A stretch of 64,000 nt of DNA from Candidatus Latescibacterota bacterium (GTDB taxonomy: Bacteria > Latescibacterota > UBA2968 > GCA-2709665). Location: positions 3,392,001 through 3,456,000 of the forward strand of contig OZ244937.1 in assembly GCA_965222075.1 (NCBI GenBank), in the 5' to 3' direction. A program made the translations under genes and the position numbers. Position 1 is the stretch's first letter; each line of letters starts with the position of its first letter. Below are positions 1 to 8,745 of the stretch, piece after piece. Below the pieces are notes generated by a model, which saw nothing but the letters and a program-made list of their open reading frames with translations, had not been told where the DNA came from and ran no database searches.

Positions 1-139
1 TCTATGAGGCCAAACTCCGGGGCGCCATTGTGGACAAAGCGCAGTTCGAAGGCGCCATCACCATGGCAGAATCTTATTAATTGCGGATTGCGGAATAAAG
101 GCTTTTCAATCCCAAATCCGCAACCCGAAATTGCTCGAT

Positions 140-1162
140 ATGTCCTACACACTGACAGACACCCTCCACAGGCCTCTCAAAGACCTGAGGATCTCCGTCA
201 CCGACAGGTGCAACTTTCGGTGCCCCTACTGCATGCCTGCTGAAATCTTCGGGGAGAAGTACGAATTCCTCCCCAAAACGGAGATCCTGACCTTCGAGGA
301 AATCGTCCGGCTGGCGCGTCTCTTTGTCCAGCTCGGAGCCGAAAAAATCAGGGTCACAGGCGGAGAACCCCTCCTGCGTCGGGAGCTTGAAACCCTGATT
401 GCTCGGCTCGCAGGCATAAAGGGAGTGAAGGACCTCACCCTCACCACCAACGGCTACCTCCTGCCCCAGAATGCCCGCGCCCTCAAAGAGGCCGGCCTGC
501 ACCGGATCACGGTGAGCGTAGACACCCTGGACGAGGAGACCTTCAAACAGATGAACGGCCGGGGCTACAGCGTGGGCCGGGTGCTCGAGGGCATCCGTAA
601 AGCGGAGGAAGTTGGCTTTCACCCCATCAAAATCAACGCCGTAGTGCAAAAAGGCACCAACGACCACACCCTCGTCGACCTGGCCGGGTATTTCCACGGC
701 ACGGGGCACATCCTCCGCTTCATCGAATACATGGACGTGGGCACCCGGAACGCGTGGGAACTGGGCCATGTCGTCCCTGCCGCCGAAATCGTCCAGCGCA
801 TCCATGCGGTCCTGCCTCTTGAGCCCGTCGAGCCCAATTACATCGGAGAAGTCGCCAGGCGCTACCGCTACTTAGACGGCGGCGGAGAGATCGGAATCAT
901 CGCCTCGGTCACCCGGCCCTTTTGTGGGGACTGCACCCGGGCCCGGCTCTCTACCGACGGAAAGCTCTACACCTGCCTCTTTGCAGGCCAGGGCACCAGC
1001 CTCAGAGACGCCATGCGGGCCGGGGCGGACGACGGGGAACTCCTGGATCTCATCCAGTCCGTCTGGACGCGCAGGGAGGACCGGTATTCCGAACTTAGAA
1101 CCGCCCAGACGGAAAGGGCCGGCCGGCTCCCCAAAATCGAAATGTACCAGATCGGAGGGTAA
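140..1162 (+). CDS. moaA: GTP 3',8-cyclase MoaA (radical SAM, molybdenum cofactor synthesis)
   Basis: LRISVTDRCNFRCPYCM radical SAM motif, FCGDCTRARL C-terminal cluster, terminal IGG. Confidence 0.97.
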   Translation: MSYTLTDTLHRPLKDLRISVTDRCNFRCPYCMPAEIFGEKYEFLPKTEILTFEEIVRLARLFVQLGAEKIRVTGGEPLLRRELETLIARLAGIKGVKDLTLTTNGYLLPQNARALKEAGLHRITVSVDTLDEETFKQMNGRGYSVGRVLEGIRKAEEVGFHPIKINAVVQKGTNDHTLVDLAGYFHGTGHILRFIEYMDVGTRNAWELGHVVPAAEIVQRIHAVLPLEPVEPNYIGEVARRYRYLDGGGEIGIIASVTRPFCGDCTRARLSTDGKLYTCLFAGQGTSLRDAMRAGADDGELLDLIQSVWTRREDRYSELRTAQTERAGRLPKIEMYQIGG

Positions 1163-1210
1163 AGACAGGGGAATAGGGGGTAGAACCTGGAATCTTCTTC
1201 AGAAAATAGC

Positions 1211-1238
1211 TTGACAGACGTCATTTTTCTTTTATTAT
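1211..1238 (+). promoter_or_regulatory. sigma70-type promoter upstream of the nitrite/sulfite reductase
   Basis: TTGACA 1211-1216, 16 bp spacer, TATTAT 1233-1238 in an AT-rich gap. Confidence 0.6.
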
Positions 1239-1310
1239 TAAAAACATATTATTCTTGATCAAGTTACTTAAGAATACACCTCTTCTATCAACCCTCACAG
1301 GGGGTGTCTT

Positions 1311-3569
1311 GTGGGCGAGCCGACGACATGGAAAGAGAAACTGGCCGATCGTATCCCCGACGACCTCGGTCGGGAAGTCGATATTTTCAAGACCCAGATC
1401 GAGCTGAGAAGGCAGGGCAAGCTCGACGAGGTGGTCTTCATGGAAACCCGCCTGCGGCGGGGCATCTACGGGCAGCGTTACGACAACGGGCAGCGTTTTG
1501 ACGGCACGCAGACCCAGACGCTGAACTACCCCTCCGGGGACCTGATCAAAGGTCCGAACACCGTCTGGGACGCCCCGGGGATGCAGCGCATCAAGATCCC
1601 CTTTGGCGGCCTGACCGCAGAACAGATGGACGTCCTGGCCGACCTCTCAGAAGAGTACTCCGACGACATCGCTCACATCACCACCCGCCAGGACATCCAG
1701 CTCCACTACGTCCACATCGACGATACCATCGACCTGATGCGCCGGCTGGCCACAGTTGGCATCACCACTCGCGAGGCCTGCGGAAACTCAGTCCGCAACG
1801 TCACCGCCTGCCCCCTGTCGGGCGTCTGCCAAACCGAGACCTTCGATGTAACGCCCTACGCCAGAGCCTGCGCCGGATTCCTCCTGGGCCATCCGGATGT
1901 CCAGGACTTCGGCCGCAAATTCAAGATCGCCTTCTCCGGCTGCAAGCACGAGGCCTGCGGACTAACCACCATGCACGACATGGGCGCCATTGCCGTCAAA
2001 AAGACCGTCGACGGTAGGGAGGTCCGCGGCTTCGAACTCTACGTGGGCGGGGGACTGGGGGCGGTGCCGCACCAGGCCAAGCGCTTCGACGAATTCCTGC
2101 CCGAAGAGGAACTCCTGCCCACCGCGCAGGCCATAGGTCGGGTATTCGCCCGGCTGGGCGAGAAGAAAAACCGCAACCGCGCCCGGATCAAGTTCCTGGT
2201 GGCCAAACTCGGCATTGAGGAATTTAAACGACTCGTCCTGGAGGAGCGGGAAACGATGCCGGAGGACCCCCGGTGGGTCGCCTTCCTCTCCGACCTGCAC
2301 GCCCACGACGAGGAGCCTCTCAGGATCGCTCAGCCGCTGGACGGCGTCGTCAGGCCCGAAGGATTTGATGAATGGTACCGGACCAATGTCTACCCCCAGC
2401 GCCAGGACGGATACGCAGTCGCCACGGTCACCCTCCCCTTAGGCGACATCACGGCCAATCAGTTTCGCGCCCTGGCCGACATCGCCCGCCGCTTTGTCAA
2501 AGACACCGTTCGCACCACCGTAGAGCAGAACATCCTGCTGCGCTGGGTCAGCGAGGCCGACCTGCCCGAACTCTATGCCGCCCTCAAAGCAATCGGCCTG
2601 CACGAACCGGGCGCGGGCACGATCGTAGACGTCACCGCCTGCCCGGGCACGGACACCTGCAAGCTTGGCATCGCCTCCTCTCGAGGGCTTGCGGGCGAAC
2701 TCCGCACGCGTCTGGCGGAAAAGAGCCTCCAACTTGATCAGGCCGTTGAGAACTTGCGCATCAAAATCAGCGGCTGCTTCAACGCCTGCGGCCAGCACCA
2801 CGCCGCCGACCTCGGTTTCTACGGCATCAGCCGAAAATTCAACGGCTACACCGTCCCCCACTTCCAGGTCGTCTTAGGCGGGCAGTGGACTGAAAATGCC
2901 TCCTCCTACGGGCTGCCCATGGGTGCGATTCCCTCCAAGCGAATCCCGGACGCGGTGGCCCGCATCACCGAAAACTACATCCAGGGCCGGAACAGGGAAG
3001 AGAGCTTCCAGGACTACGTCAAACGCGTCGGCAAAGTGCGGGTTAAAGAACTCTTGAACGACCTCACCGAGGTCCCCGTCTACGACCTCGATTCCTCCTT
3101 CTACAGCGACTGGGGCGATACCCGGGTGTTCACCACCGGAGACATGGGCAAAGGCGAGTGCGCCGGCGAAATCGTCCCGCTGGTCCAGTTTGAACTCACC
3201 GCCTGCGAGCGGGAGGCCTTTGAGGCCCTGGTCCACTTAGACGATGGCAACTACGAAAATGCGGCCAGGACCGCCTGCACCGCCATGCTCCACGCGGCCA
3301 GGGCCCTGATCAAAACCCAGTTTCTGGACATCCCGGAGGAGCCGGACAGGATCATCGAGGAATTCCGCAGGCGTTTCTTAGACACCGAACTCTTCTTCGA
3401 CCCTTTCGCCAAGGACAAGTTTGCCAGATATCTGTTTAAAGCGCACGAGGAAGAGCAGAATGGGGTAGACTACACCCCGGACCTGGCCCACCAGCGGATC
3501 GAGGAGGCCCAGCTCTTCATCGAAGCCACCCACAGCTGCTACGGCCGGATGAACGTAGTCACCGCCTGA
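1311..3569 (+). CDS. Siroheme nitrite/sulfite reductase (NirA/Sir family) with C-terminal HEPN-like extension
   Basis: HITTRQDIQLH, ACGNSVRNVTACP, RKFKIAFSGC, ACPGTDTCKLG and ISGCFNACGQH motifs. Confidence 0.93.
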   Translation: MGEPTTWKEKLADRIPDDLGREVDIFKTQIELRRQGKLDEVVFMETRLRRGIYGQRYDNGQRFDGTQTQTLNYPSGDLIKGPNTVWDAPGMQRIKIPFGGLTAEQMDVLADLSEEYSDDIAHITTRQDIQLHYVHIDDTIDLMRRLATVGITTREACGNSVRNVTACPLSGVCQTETFDVTPYARACAGFLLGHPDVQDFGRKFKIAFSGCKHEACGLTTMHDMGAIAVKKTVDGREVRGFELYVGGGLGAVPHQAKRFDEFLPEEELLPTAQAIGRVFARLGEKKNRNRARIKFLVAKLGIEEFKRLVLEERETMPEDPRWVAFLSDLHAHDEEPLRIAQPLDGVVRPEGFDEWYRTNVYPQRQDGYAVATVTLPLGDITANQFRALADIARRFVKDTVRTTVEQNILLRWVSEADLPELYAALKAIGLHEPGAGTIVDVTACPGTDTCKLGIASSRGLAGELRTRLAEKSLQLDQAVENLRIKISGCFNACGQHHAADLGFYGISRKFNGYTVPHFQVVLGGQWTENASSYGLPMGAIPSKRIPDAVARITENYIQGRNREESFQDYVKRVGKVRVKELLNDLTEVPVYDLDSSFYSDWGDTRVFTTGDMGKGECAGEIVPLVQFELTACEREAFEALVHLDDGNYENAARTACTAMLHAARALIKTQFLDIPEEPDRIIEEFRRRFLDTELFFDPFAKDKFARYLFKAHEEEQNGVDYTPDLAHQRIEEAQLFIEATHSCYGRMNVVTA

Positions 3570-3731
3570 AACGCCGGGCACCGCCCTCCTACGAGGCCAC
3601 TGCACGACGGTCGACCCCAATCGTAATCTCAGGGGCAGCAGGCGTTGGGGGCCTGCACCGCAGGCACCCGGAGCACAGGGCCAGGGCTTGCCACAGGGCC
3701 AAATTTTAAATTTTGAAAATCCATACGCCAC

Positions 3732-4307
3732 ATGGACCTGCACAAAATCAACGTCAAATTCTACCTGCAAGACGGTCAGGACATCGAACCGGAGGCCTGG
3801 TTTCGGACCTTCAGCACCTGGATCCCGGACACCCCGGATGAAGTCCTGGTCGACGTTGCCGATTACAGCCATGTCCACCAGGGCCCCGTCACCCTCCTGG
3901 TGGGGCACGAGGCGAACTACAGCATCGACAATACGGACGGGGAACTCGGCCTGCTCTACAACCGCAAGCAGCCCTTAGATGGCGACCTGTCTGAGCGGCT
4001 CCACACGGTCTTCCGCAACGCCCTGAAGGCCTGCCGCCGCCTCGAAGCCGACCCCACCATCGGCGACAAGCTGAGGTTTCGGGGGAATGCGGCCCTGCTT
4101 GTGCTGAACGACCGACTGCCCAATACAGAAGAGATCCTCACGGCCCTCAGACCCGGCCTGGAAGGCCTTCTGGTGGCCCTCTACGCCGGGGCCAACGTCA
4201 GTTCCCGGCGCAATCCGGACCCAAAACGGCGATTTACCCTGAATATCCAGGCAGAAGGAGACTGGGATACCGCCACCCTCCTGAAAAACCTCGAAGGCCA
4301 TTTTTAG
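3732..4307 (+). CDS. hypothetical protein following the sulfite reductase
   Basis: 191-aa ORF with host-like codon usage and ATG start. Confidence 0.8.
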   Translation: MDLHKINVKFYLQDGQDIEPEAWFRTFSTWIPDTPDEVLVDVADYSHVHQGPVTLLVGHEANYSIDNTDGELGLLYNRKQPLDGDLSERLHTVFRNALKACRRLEADPTIGDKLRFRGNAALLVLNDRLPNTEEILTALRPGLEGLLVALYAGANVSSRRNPDPKRRFTLNIQAEGDWDTATLLKNLEGHF

Positions 4308-4318
4308 CATTTTGAACC

Positions 4319-4346
4319 TTGACAAACCACAAGAAAGTACTATATT
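4319..4346 (+). promoter_or_regulatory. sigma70-type promoter of the ferredoxin gene
   Basis: TTGACA 4319-4324 and TATATT 4341-4346. Confidence 0.5.
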
Positions 4347-4431
4347 TCGATAGGGATCACATTTTGATGTACCAATCGAAAAAAACTGAGCAAGGACTGA
4401 AAAGCATACCTCAAGGAAAGGGGTGAAAAGA

Positions 4432-4701
4432 ATGACCTACATCATCGCCGAACCGTGCATTGATGTCCTGGATAGGGCCTGTGTGGAGGTCTGCCCGGTA
4501 GACTGCATCTACGAGCCGGACGCGGCAGAAATTACCTTGCCTTCGGAAGAACGCTTGAACATGCTCTACATCCATCCGGAGGAGTGCATCGACTGTGGTG
4601 CTTGCGAGCCCGAATGCCCGGTAGAGGCGATCTTCGTGGATGAAGATACGCCCGAAGAATGGAATGAATATATCGAAATCAACGCAAAAGCTTTCGAATA
4701 A
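4432..4701 (+). CDS. dicluster (7Fe/8Fe) ferredoxin
   Basis: [27 protein letters not shown] and [12 protein letters not shown]; alternative GTG start at 4423. Confidence 0.95.
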   Translation: MTYIIAEPCIDVLDRACVEVCPVDCIYEPDAAEITLPSEERLNMLYIHPEECIDCGACEPECPVEAIFVDEDTPEEWNEYIEINAKAFE

Positions 4702-4720
4702 GCGCCCTGTCGGGCCGAGT

Positions 4721-4770
4721 TGAAAAGGAAAATGCCAGAGTCAGGTTCTCGGCCCTGGCATTTTTCATTT
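4721..4770. terminator. probable bidirectional intrinsic terminator between ferredoxin and senB
   Basis: AAAATGCCAG...CTGGCATTTT inverted repeat with A/T tracts between convergent genes. Confidence 0.7.
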
Positions 4771-4824
4771 GAAAAACAGGGCCAATGGTTCGCTCAGCAT
4801 CAGGCAACCAACCGCAGGTAAAAC

Positions 4825-5784
4825 TCAGAATTCACCCTGCAGCTCCTTCAGCAGCCCCTCCCATGCCCCTCGCTCGCGGACAGGGTCAACCAGAGGCTTC
4901 AACCCCTTGCACCACGCCTTCAGCCTCGCATAAAAAGCCAAATCCCGCTCCGCCCGCCCCATCAGCTTCGCCAGCGCCTCTGTATCCCACACCGGGAAGT
5001 ACCCCGGATAGTCTTCGCCCAAAAGCCCGATTGACCCGGAAATCCGCGACGAAAGCACCGGCACCGAACAGGCCAGCGCCTCACACACCGCGTTTGCGCC
5101 CCCCTCCATCACCGACGTCAGCACCAGCAGCCGGCTGCGGGCTAAGATGCGGACCGCCTGCCAACGGGGGTGCTCCCCCACCCAGCGGTAGCGCGGGTTG
5201 GACGCCGCCTCCGCCCGGGCTTGGTCCGCCATCTCCTCGCTGAGCGCCCCGCCCACCTGCACCACTTCAACCCGCGACCCCGGAGGCAGCAGCCGGGCAG
5301 CAGCAGCGGCCCGAAACGGATCCTTCACCTCCCGCAGGTGCCCCAGCACACAAACTTCAAACGCCCCCACCCTGGGGGCAAAACGTCCCGGCGGTCACGT
5401 AAAAGATTGCGTGATCACCCGCGCTTTGGGACGCAAACGCTCCGGCAGCTCGGCGATGCCAGCAGGCTGCAGCAGCACAAATCGAGACGCCATCTCCAGG
5501 GACTCCTGCGCCTGAGGGTCGGTATGGATGTCCCCGTACAGGTCCGTCCCCGTCAATGCCAGGACCAGCGGCAGATCCGGGTGCACGCGGTGAAACCGGT
5601 CGATTGAGGCGTGGCTCCGCCGGGCGTGTAATGCCACCATCATATCGCACCGCTGCCCGCCGTATTCCTCCTCAACGGCAACACGGTGCCCCAGGTCCCG
5701 CAGCATCCTCGTCCAGCGCAGCGCCGTCACCCGGTTGCCTTTCCGGGAGCGGGCCGGCGCCGGTGTAACCAGACAGATTTTCAT
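4825..5784 (-). CDS. senB: Selenosugar synthase SenB (GT-B glycosyltransferase) with one in-frame TGA at 5395-5397 (Sec/readthrough or nonsense mutation)
   Basis: ORFs 5395-5784 and 4825-5370 are in the same frame; GNRVTALRW, ALHARRS, LTGTDLY, GHLREVKDP, EGGANAVCEA motifs; directly downstream of senA. Confidence 0.88.
5359..5397 (-). promoter_or_regulatory. candidate bacterial SECIS hairpin after the in-frame UGA of senB
   Basis: UGA CCGCCGGGACGUUUU GCCCCC AGGGU GGGGGC GUUU: GC stem with loop G about 23 nt after UGA. Confidence 0.4.
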
Positions 5785-5787
5785 GGC

Positions 5788-7122
5788 TCAACCCCCGGTG
5801 CCTGCCAGTGCGCATGTCCTGAACCCCGCCCACACATCCCGGCGATCGGGCGTTTGAAAATTGCGGTAGCCGGTGCGAATCAGCCGGGAACGGGTCACCC
5901 AGCAACCGCCCCGGTAGACCTTGCGCGTGCCGAACCAGGGCTCGGAATACTCCACATACGGATCTGTCTCAAATCCCGGAAAAGGCAGAAAGTCGCTGCT
6001 GGTCCACTCCCACACATTGCCGACCATCTGCCGGCAGCCGAAGGGGCTGTCCCCTTCCGGGAACGCCCCCACATCCACACAGCCCATCCCCCGCCAGTCT
6101 AAGTTGGTCCGCTCCGGCGTGGGCGGCGCATCCCCCCACGGAAAGCGCCGCTTCCCCTGGGCAAGCCCCCTGCCGTCCGCTGCGGGCTCTGCCGCCGCTG
6201 CCGCCTCCCACTCCGCCTCCGTCGGCAGCCGGCGGTCGGCCCAGCGGCAGTACGCCTCCGCCTCGTACCAGTTCACGTGGATCACGGGAAGGTGTGGTTC
6301 CAGCGGCCCCCACCGGTCAAAATGCCGCCGCAGCCAGCCCCCGTTCCCATCCCGCTGCCAGTACACCGGGTGTTCCGCACCGTCGGACTCCCGCCACACC
6401 CACCCTGCCTCGCTCCAGAATTCCCGCGTTCTGTATCCCCCATCTTCTGTAAACGCCGCAAACTCGGCCTGGGTCACCGGCGCCCGCGCAATCGAAAACG
6501 GGGCCACCCCCACCACATGGCCCCACTTCTCGTTGTCAAACACAAACGGCTCCTCCCGGGGCGCGCCCAGCACAAACGCGCCCCCTGCAACCTCCACATC
6601 GCCGGGCAGGGGTCCCCCGCCGGCGTCCGCCTGCCCGGGTTCGGCAACCATCGAAAGGCTCGGAGCGGGATACCCTAAGGTCTGCCGGGCGTAGGTCAGG
6701 GCCTCGGTGTGCATGTCCTCGTGCAGGGTCGTGTAAATAATATGATAGACCTCCGCTTCGGAAAGTCCGCCCTGCTCGATCCGTTCCAGCACCCGGTCCC
6801 GCACCTCGCGCATGTAGGCCAGAGTCTCACCTCGGGAGGGAAGCGGCAGGTCCCACCGCGTATCGTGGGCAACAGCGATCGAATCGTAGAGCGCGTCCTC
6901 GTCACCGCGCACCGGTTCCTGCCCACCCGCATGCCGCAGCGCCCACCTGGACTGGAACCACGCGTGGTGCCCCATCTCCCACAGCAGGGGATTGGTAATA
7001 GGGAGCTGTGGCCCCATCAACTGCTCGTCCGTCAGATCGGCAACCAGTTCAAAAGTCCGCTCGCGGGCATCGCGCACCCACCCGGCAAGTTCGGCAGTTG
7101 TAAAATAACTGGAAAGAGCCAT
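5788..7122 (-). CDS. senA: Selenoneine synthase SenA (EgtB-like: DinB + FGE-sulfatase domains)
   Basis: NPLLWEMGH, HEDMHTEA metal motif, FVFDNEKW, RLPTEAEWE, GNVWEWT, FAG-like WAGFRTC end; adjacent to senB; AGAGGAG RBS. Confidence 0.9.
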   Translation of the reverse strand: MALSSYFTTAELAGWVRDARERTFELVADLTDEQLMGPQLPITNPLLWEMGHHAWFQSRWALRHAGGQEPVRGDEDALYDSIAVAHDTRWDLPLPSRGETLAYMREVRDRVLERIEQGGLSEAEVYHIIYTTLHEDMHTEALTYARQTLGYPAPSLSMVAEPGQADAGGGPLPGDVEVAGGAFVLGAPREEPFVFDNEKWGHVVGVAPFSIARAPVTQAEFAAFTEDGGYRTREFWSEAGWVWRESDGAEHPVYWQRDGNGGWLRRHFDRWGPLEPHLPVIHVNWYEAEAYCRWADRRLPTEAEWEAAAAAEPAADGRGLAQGKRRFPWGDAPPTPERTNLDWRGMGCVDVGAFPEGDSPFGCRQMVGNVWEWTSSDFLPFPGFETDPYVEYSEPWFGTRKVYRGGCWVTRSRLIRTGYRNFQTPDRRDVWAGFRTCALAGTGG

Positions 7123-7230
7123 TGAAAAAAAATCTCCTCTTTAGGGTTGCGCCTGATGTGAATTATCTGTAACTTGGCAGGTTCTGATGCTACATCTGCC
7201 TCACTCTTCAAACATCGAAGAGGTATACCC

Positions 7231-8088
7231 ATGAAAATAATCCTTTTGTCCTGTCTCTTAGTCCTGTCTTCACTGGTGCCTGCGCTCTCCCAGCCCTTTC
7301 GGTTTACGGCGATTCCAGACGAAAACACAGCGCGTCTGAAGGAACGCTTTGACAAAGTTGCGTCCTACCTGTCCGGTAAACTGGGTGTCCAAGTCGAGTA
7401 CGTACCGGTAAAATCCTACAGCGCTTCGGTCGCCGCGTTCAAGAACAACCAGGTGCAGCTGGCCTGGTTTGGCGGCCTCTCCGGGGTCCAGGCCCGCCGC
7501 GTCGTACCCGGCGCCGTGGCCATCGCCCAGGGCGAAGAAGACCTGTTGTTTGTATCCTACTTCATCGCAAATACAAGAACCGGACTGCAGCCTGCAGAAG
7601 GTTTTCCCGAAGGCATCAGGGGACTGACATTCACCTTTGGGTCAAAAGGATCGACTTCGGGTCGGCTTATGCCGGAGTTCTTTATTCGGAAACATTTTAA
7701 TGCTGCCCCAAAAGAGGTCTTCCGGCGCGTGGGGTTCAGCGGCGACCACTCCAAAACCCTTGCCCTGGTACAATCGGGCAGTTATGAAGCGGGGGTTCTC
7801 AACTACAAGGTCTGGGAAAACGAAACCACAGCGGGCAATGTCGACACCAGCAAAGTCCGCATCATCTGGAAAACGCCCCCCTACCCGGACTACAACTGGA
7901 CAATTCGCGGTGATGTGCAGAAGAAATACGGCAAAGGCTTCATACAGAAAGTCCGGAATGCCTTTCTCGGCATGACGGATAGAGACCTGCTCAACGCCTT
8001 CCCGCGCACCCGTTTCATCCCCGCCGACAACGCGACCTACGGGCCAATACTGGAAACCGCAATCGCCGTGGGCATTATCGAAAAATAG
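7231..8088 (+). CDS. putative selenate ABC transporter substrate-binding protein (PhnD-like)
   Basis: signal peptide; FTAIPDE, AWFGGLSGVQAR, FTFGSKGSTSGRLMP, GFSGDHSKT; divergent from senA. Confidence 0.88.
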   Translation: MKIILLSCLLVLSSLVPALSQPFRFTAIPDENTARLKERFDKVASYLSGKLGVQVEYVPVKSYSASVAAFKNNQVQLAWFGGLSGVQARRVVPGAVAIAQGEEDLLFVSYFIANTRTGLQPAEGFPEGIRGLTFTFGSKGSTSGRLMPEFFIRKHFNAAPKEVFRRVGFSGDHSKTLALVQSGSYEAGVLNYKVWENETTAGNVDTSKVRIIWKTPPYPDYNWTIRGDVQKKYGKGFIQKVRNAFLGMTDRDLLNAFPRTRFIPADNATYGPILETAIAVGIIEK

Positions 8089-8091
8089 CCT

Positions 8092-8745
8092 ATGTTCGAT
8101 CTGGACAACATCAGTGTCGCCTACAGTGACACGCCGGTGCTGGTGGACATCTCTCTCAACATTCGGGAAGGAGAGAAAATCGTCATCATCGGCGCCAGCG
8201 GGGCCGGCAAATCGACATTGCTCAGGAAGCTTTACGAGATGCAGAAGGAACGGGCGGCGTTCATCCATCAGGATTATGCGCTCGTACCGCAGCTTTCTGC
8301 CTTTCACAATGTGTGCATCGGCCGCCTCGACCGACACAGCACCGCTTACAACCTGTTCAACCTGATCAAACCTCGAAAAGTGGAACTGGCCAGCGTCACG
8401 CCCATACTTGAGTCGCTGGGCATGCCGGAGAAAACCTTCGAACGCGTCAGCAGCCTGTCGGGCGGCCAGCAACAACGGGTCGCCGTCGCACGCGCGGTTT
8501 ACAGGGAAGCCGACGCCCTGATCGGCGATGAGCCTGTGTCTTCCATCGATCCGCACCAGGCAGGTGCGGTACTGAACCTCCTTAAACAGCGGTCAAAAAC
8601 CCTCATCCTGGCGATGCACGACGTACAGCTCGCGCTCGAGCATTTTGACCGCATCGTCGGGCTGCGCCTCGGTCGAATCGTCTTTGACCTGCCAGGTGTA
8701 GAGGTCAACGACAAAATCCTAACCGATCTGTACCGACCTTGCTGA
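8092..8745 (+). CDS. ABC transporter ATP-binding protein (PhnC-like)
   Basis: Walker A GASGAGKST, LSGGQQQRVAVAR, DEP. Confidence 0.93.
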   Translation: MFDLDNISVAYSDTPVLVDISLNIREGEKIVIIGASGAGKSTLLRKLYEMQKERAAFIHQDYALVPQLSAFHNVCIGRLDRHSTAYNLFNLIKPRKVELASVTPILESLGMPEKTFERVSSLSGGQQQRVAVARAVYREADALIGDEPVSSIDPHQAGAVLNLLKQRSKTLILAMHDVQLALEHFDRIVGLRLGRIVFDLPGVEVNDKILTDLYRPC

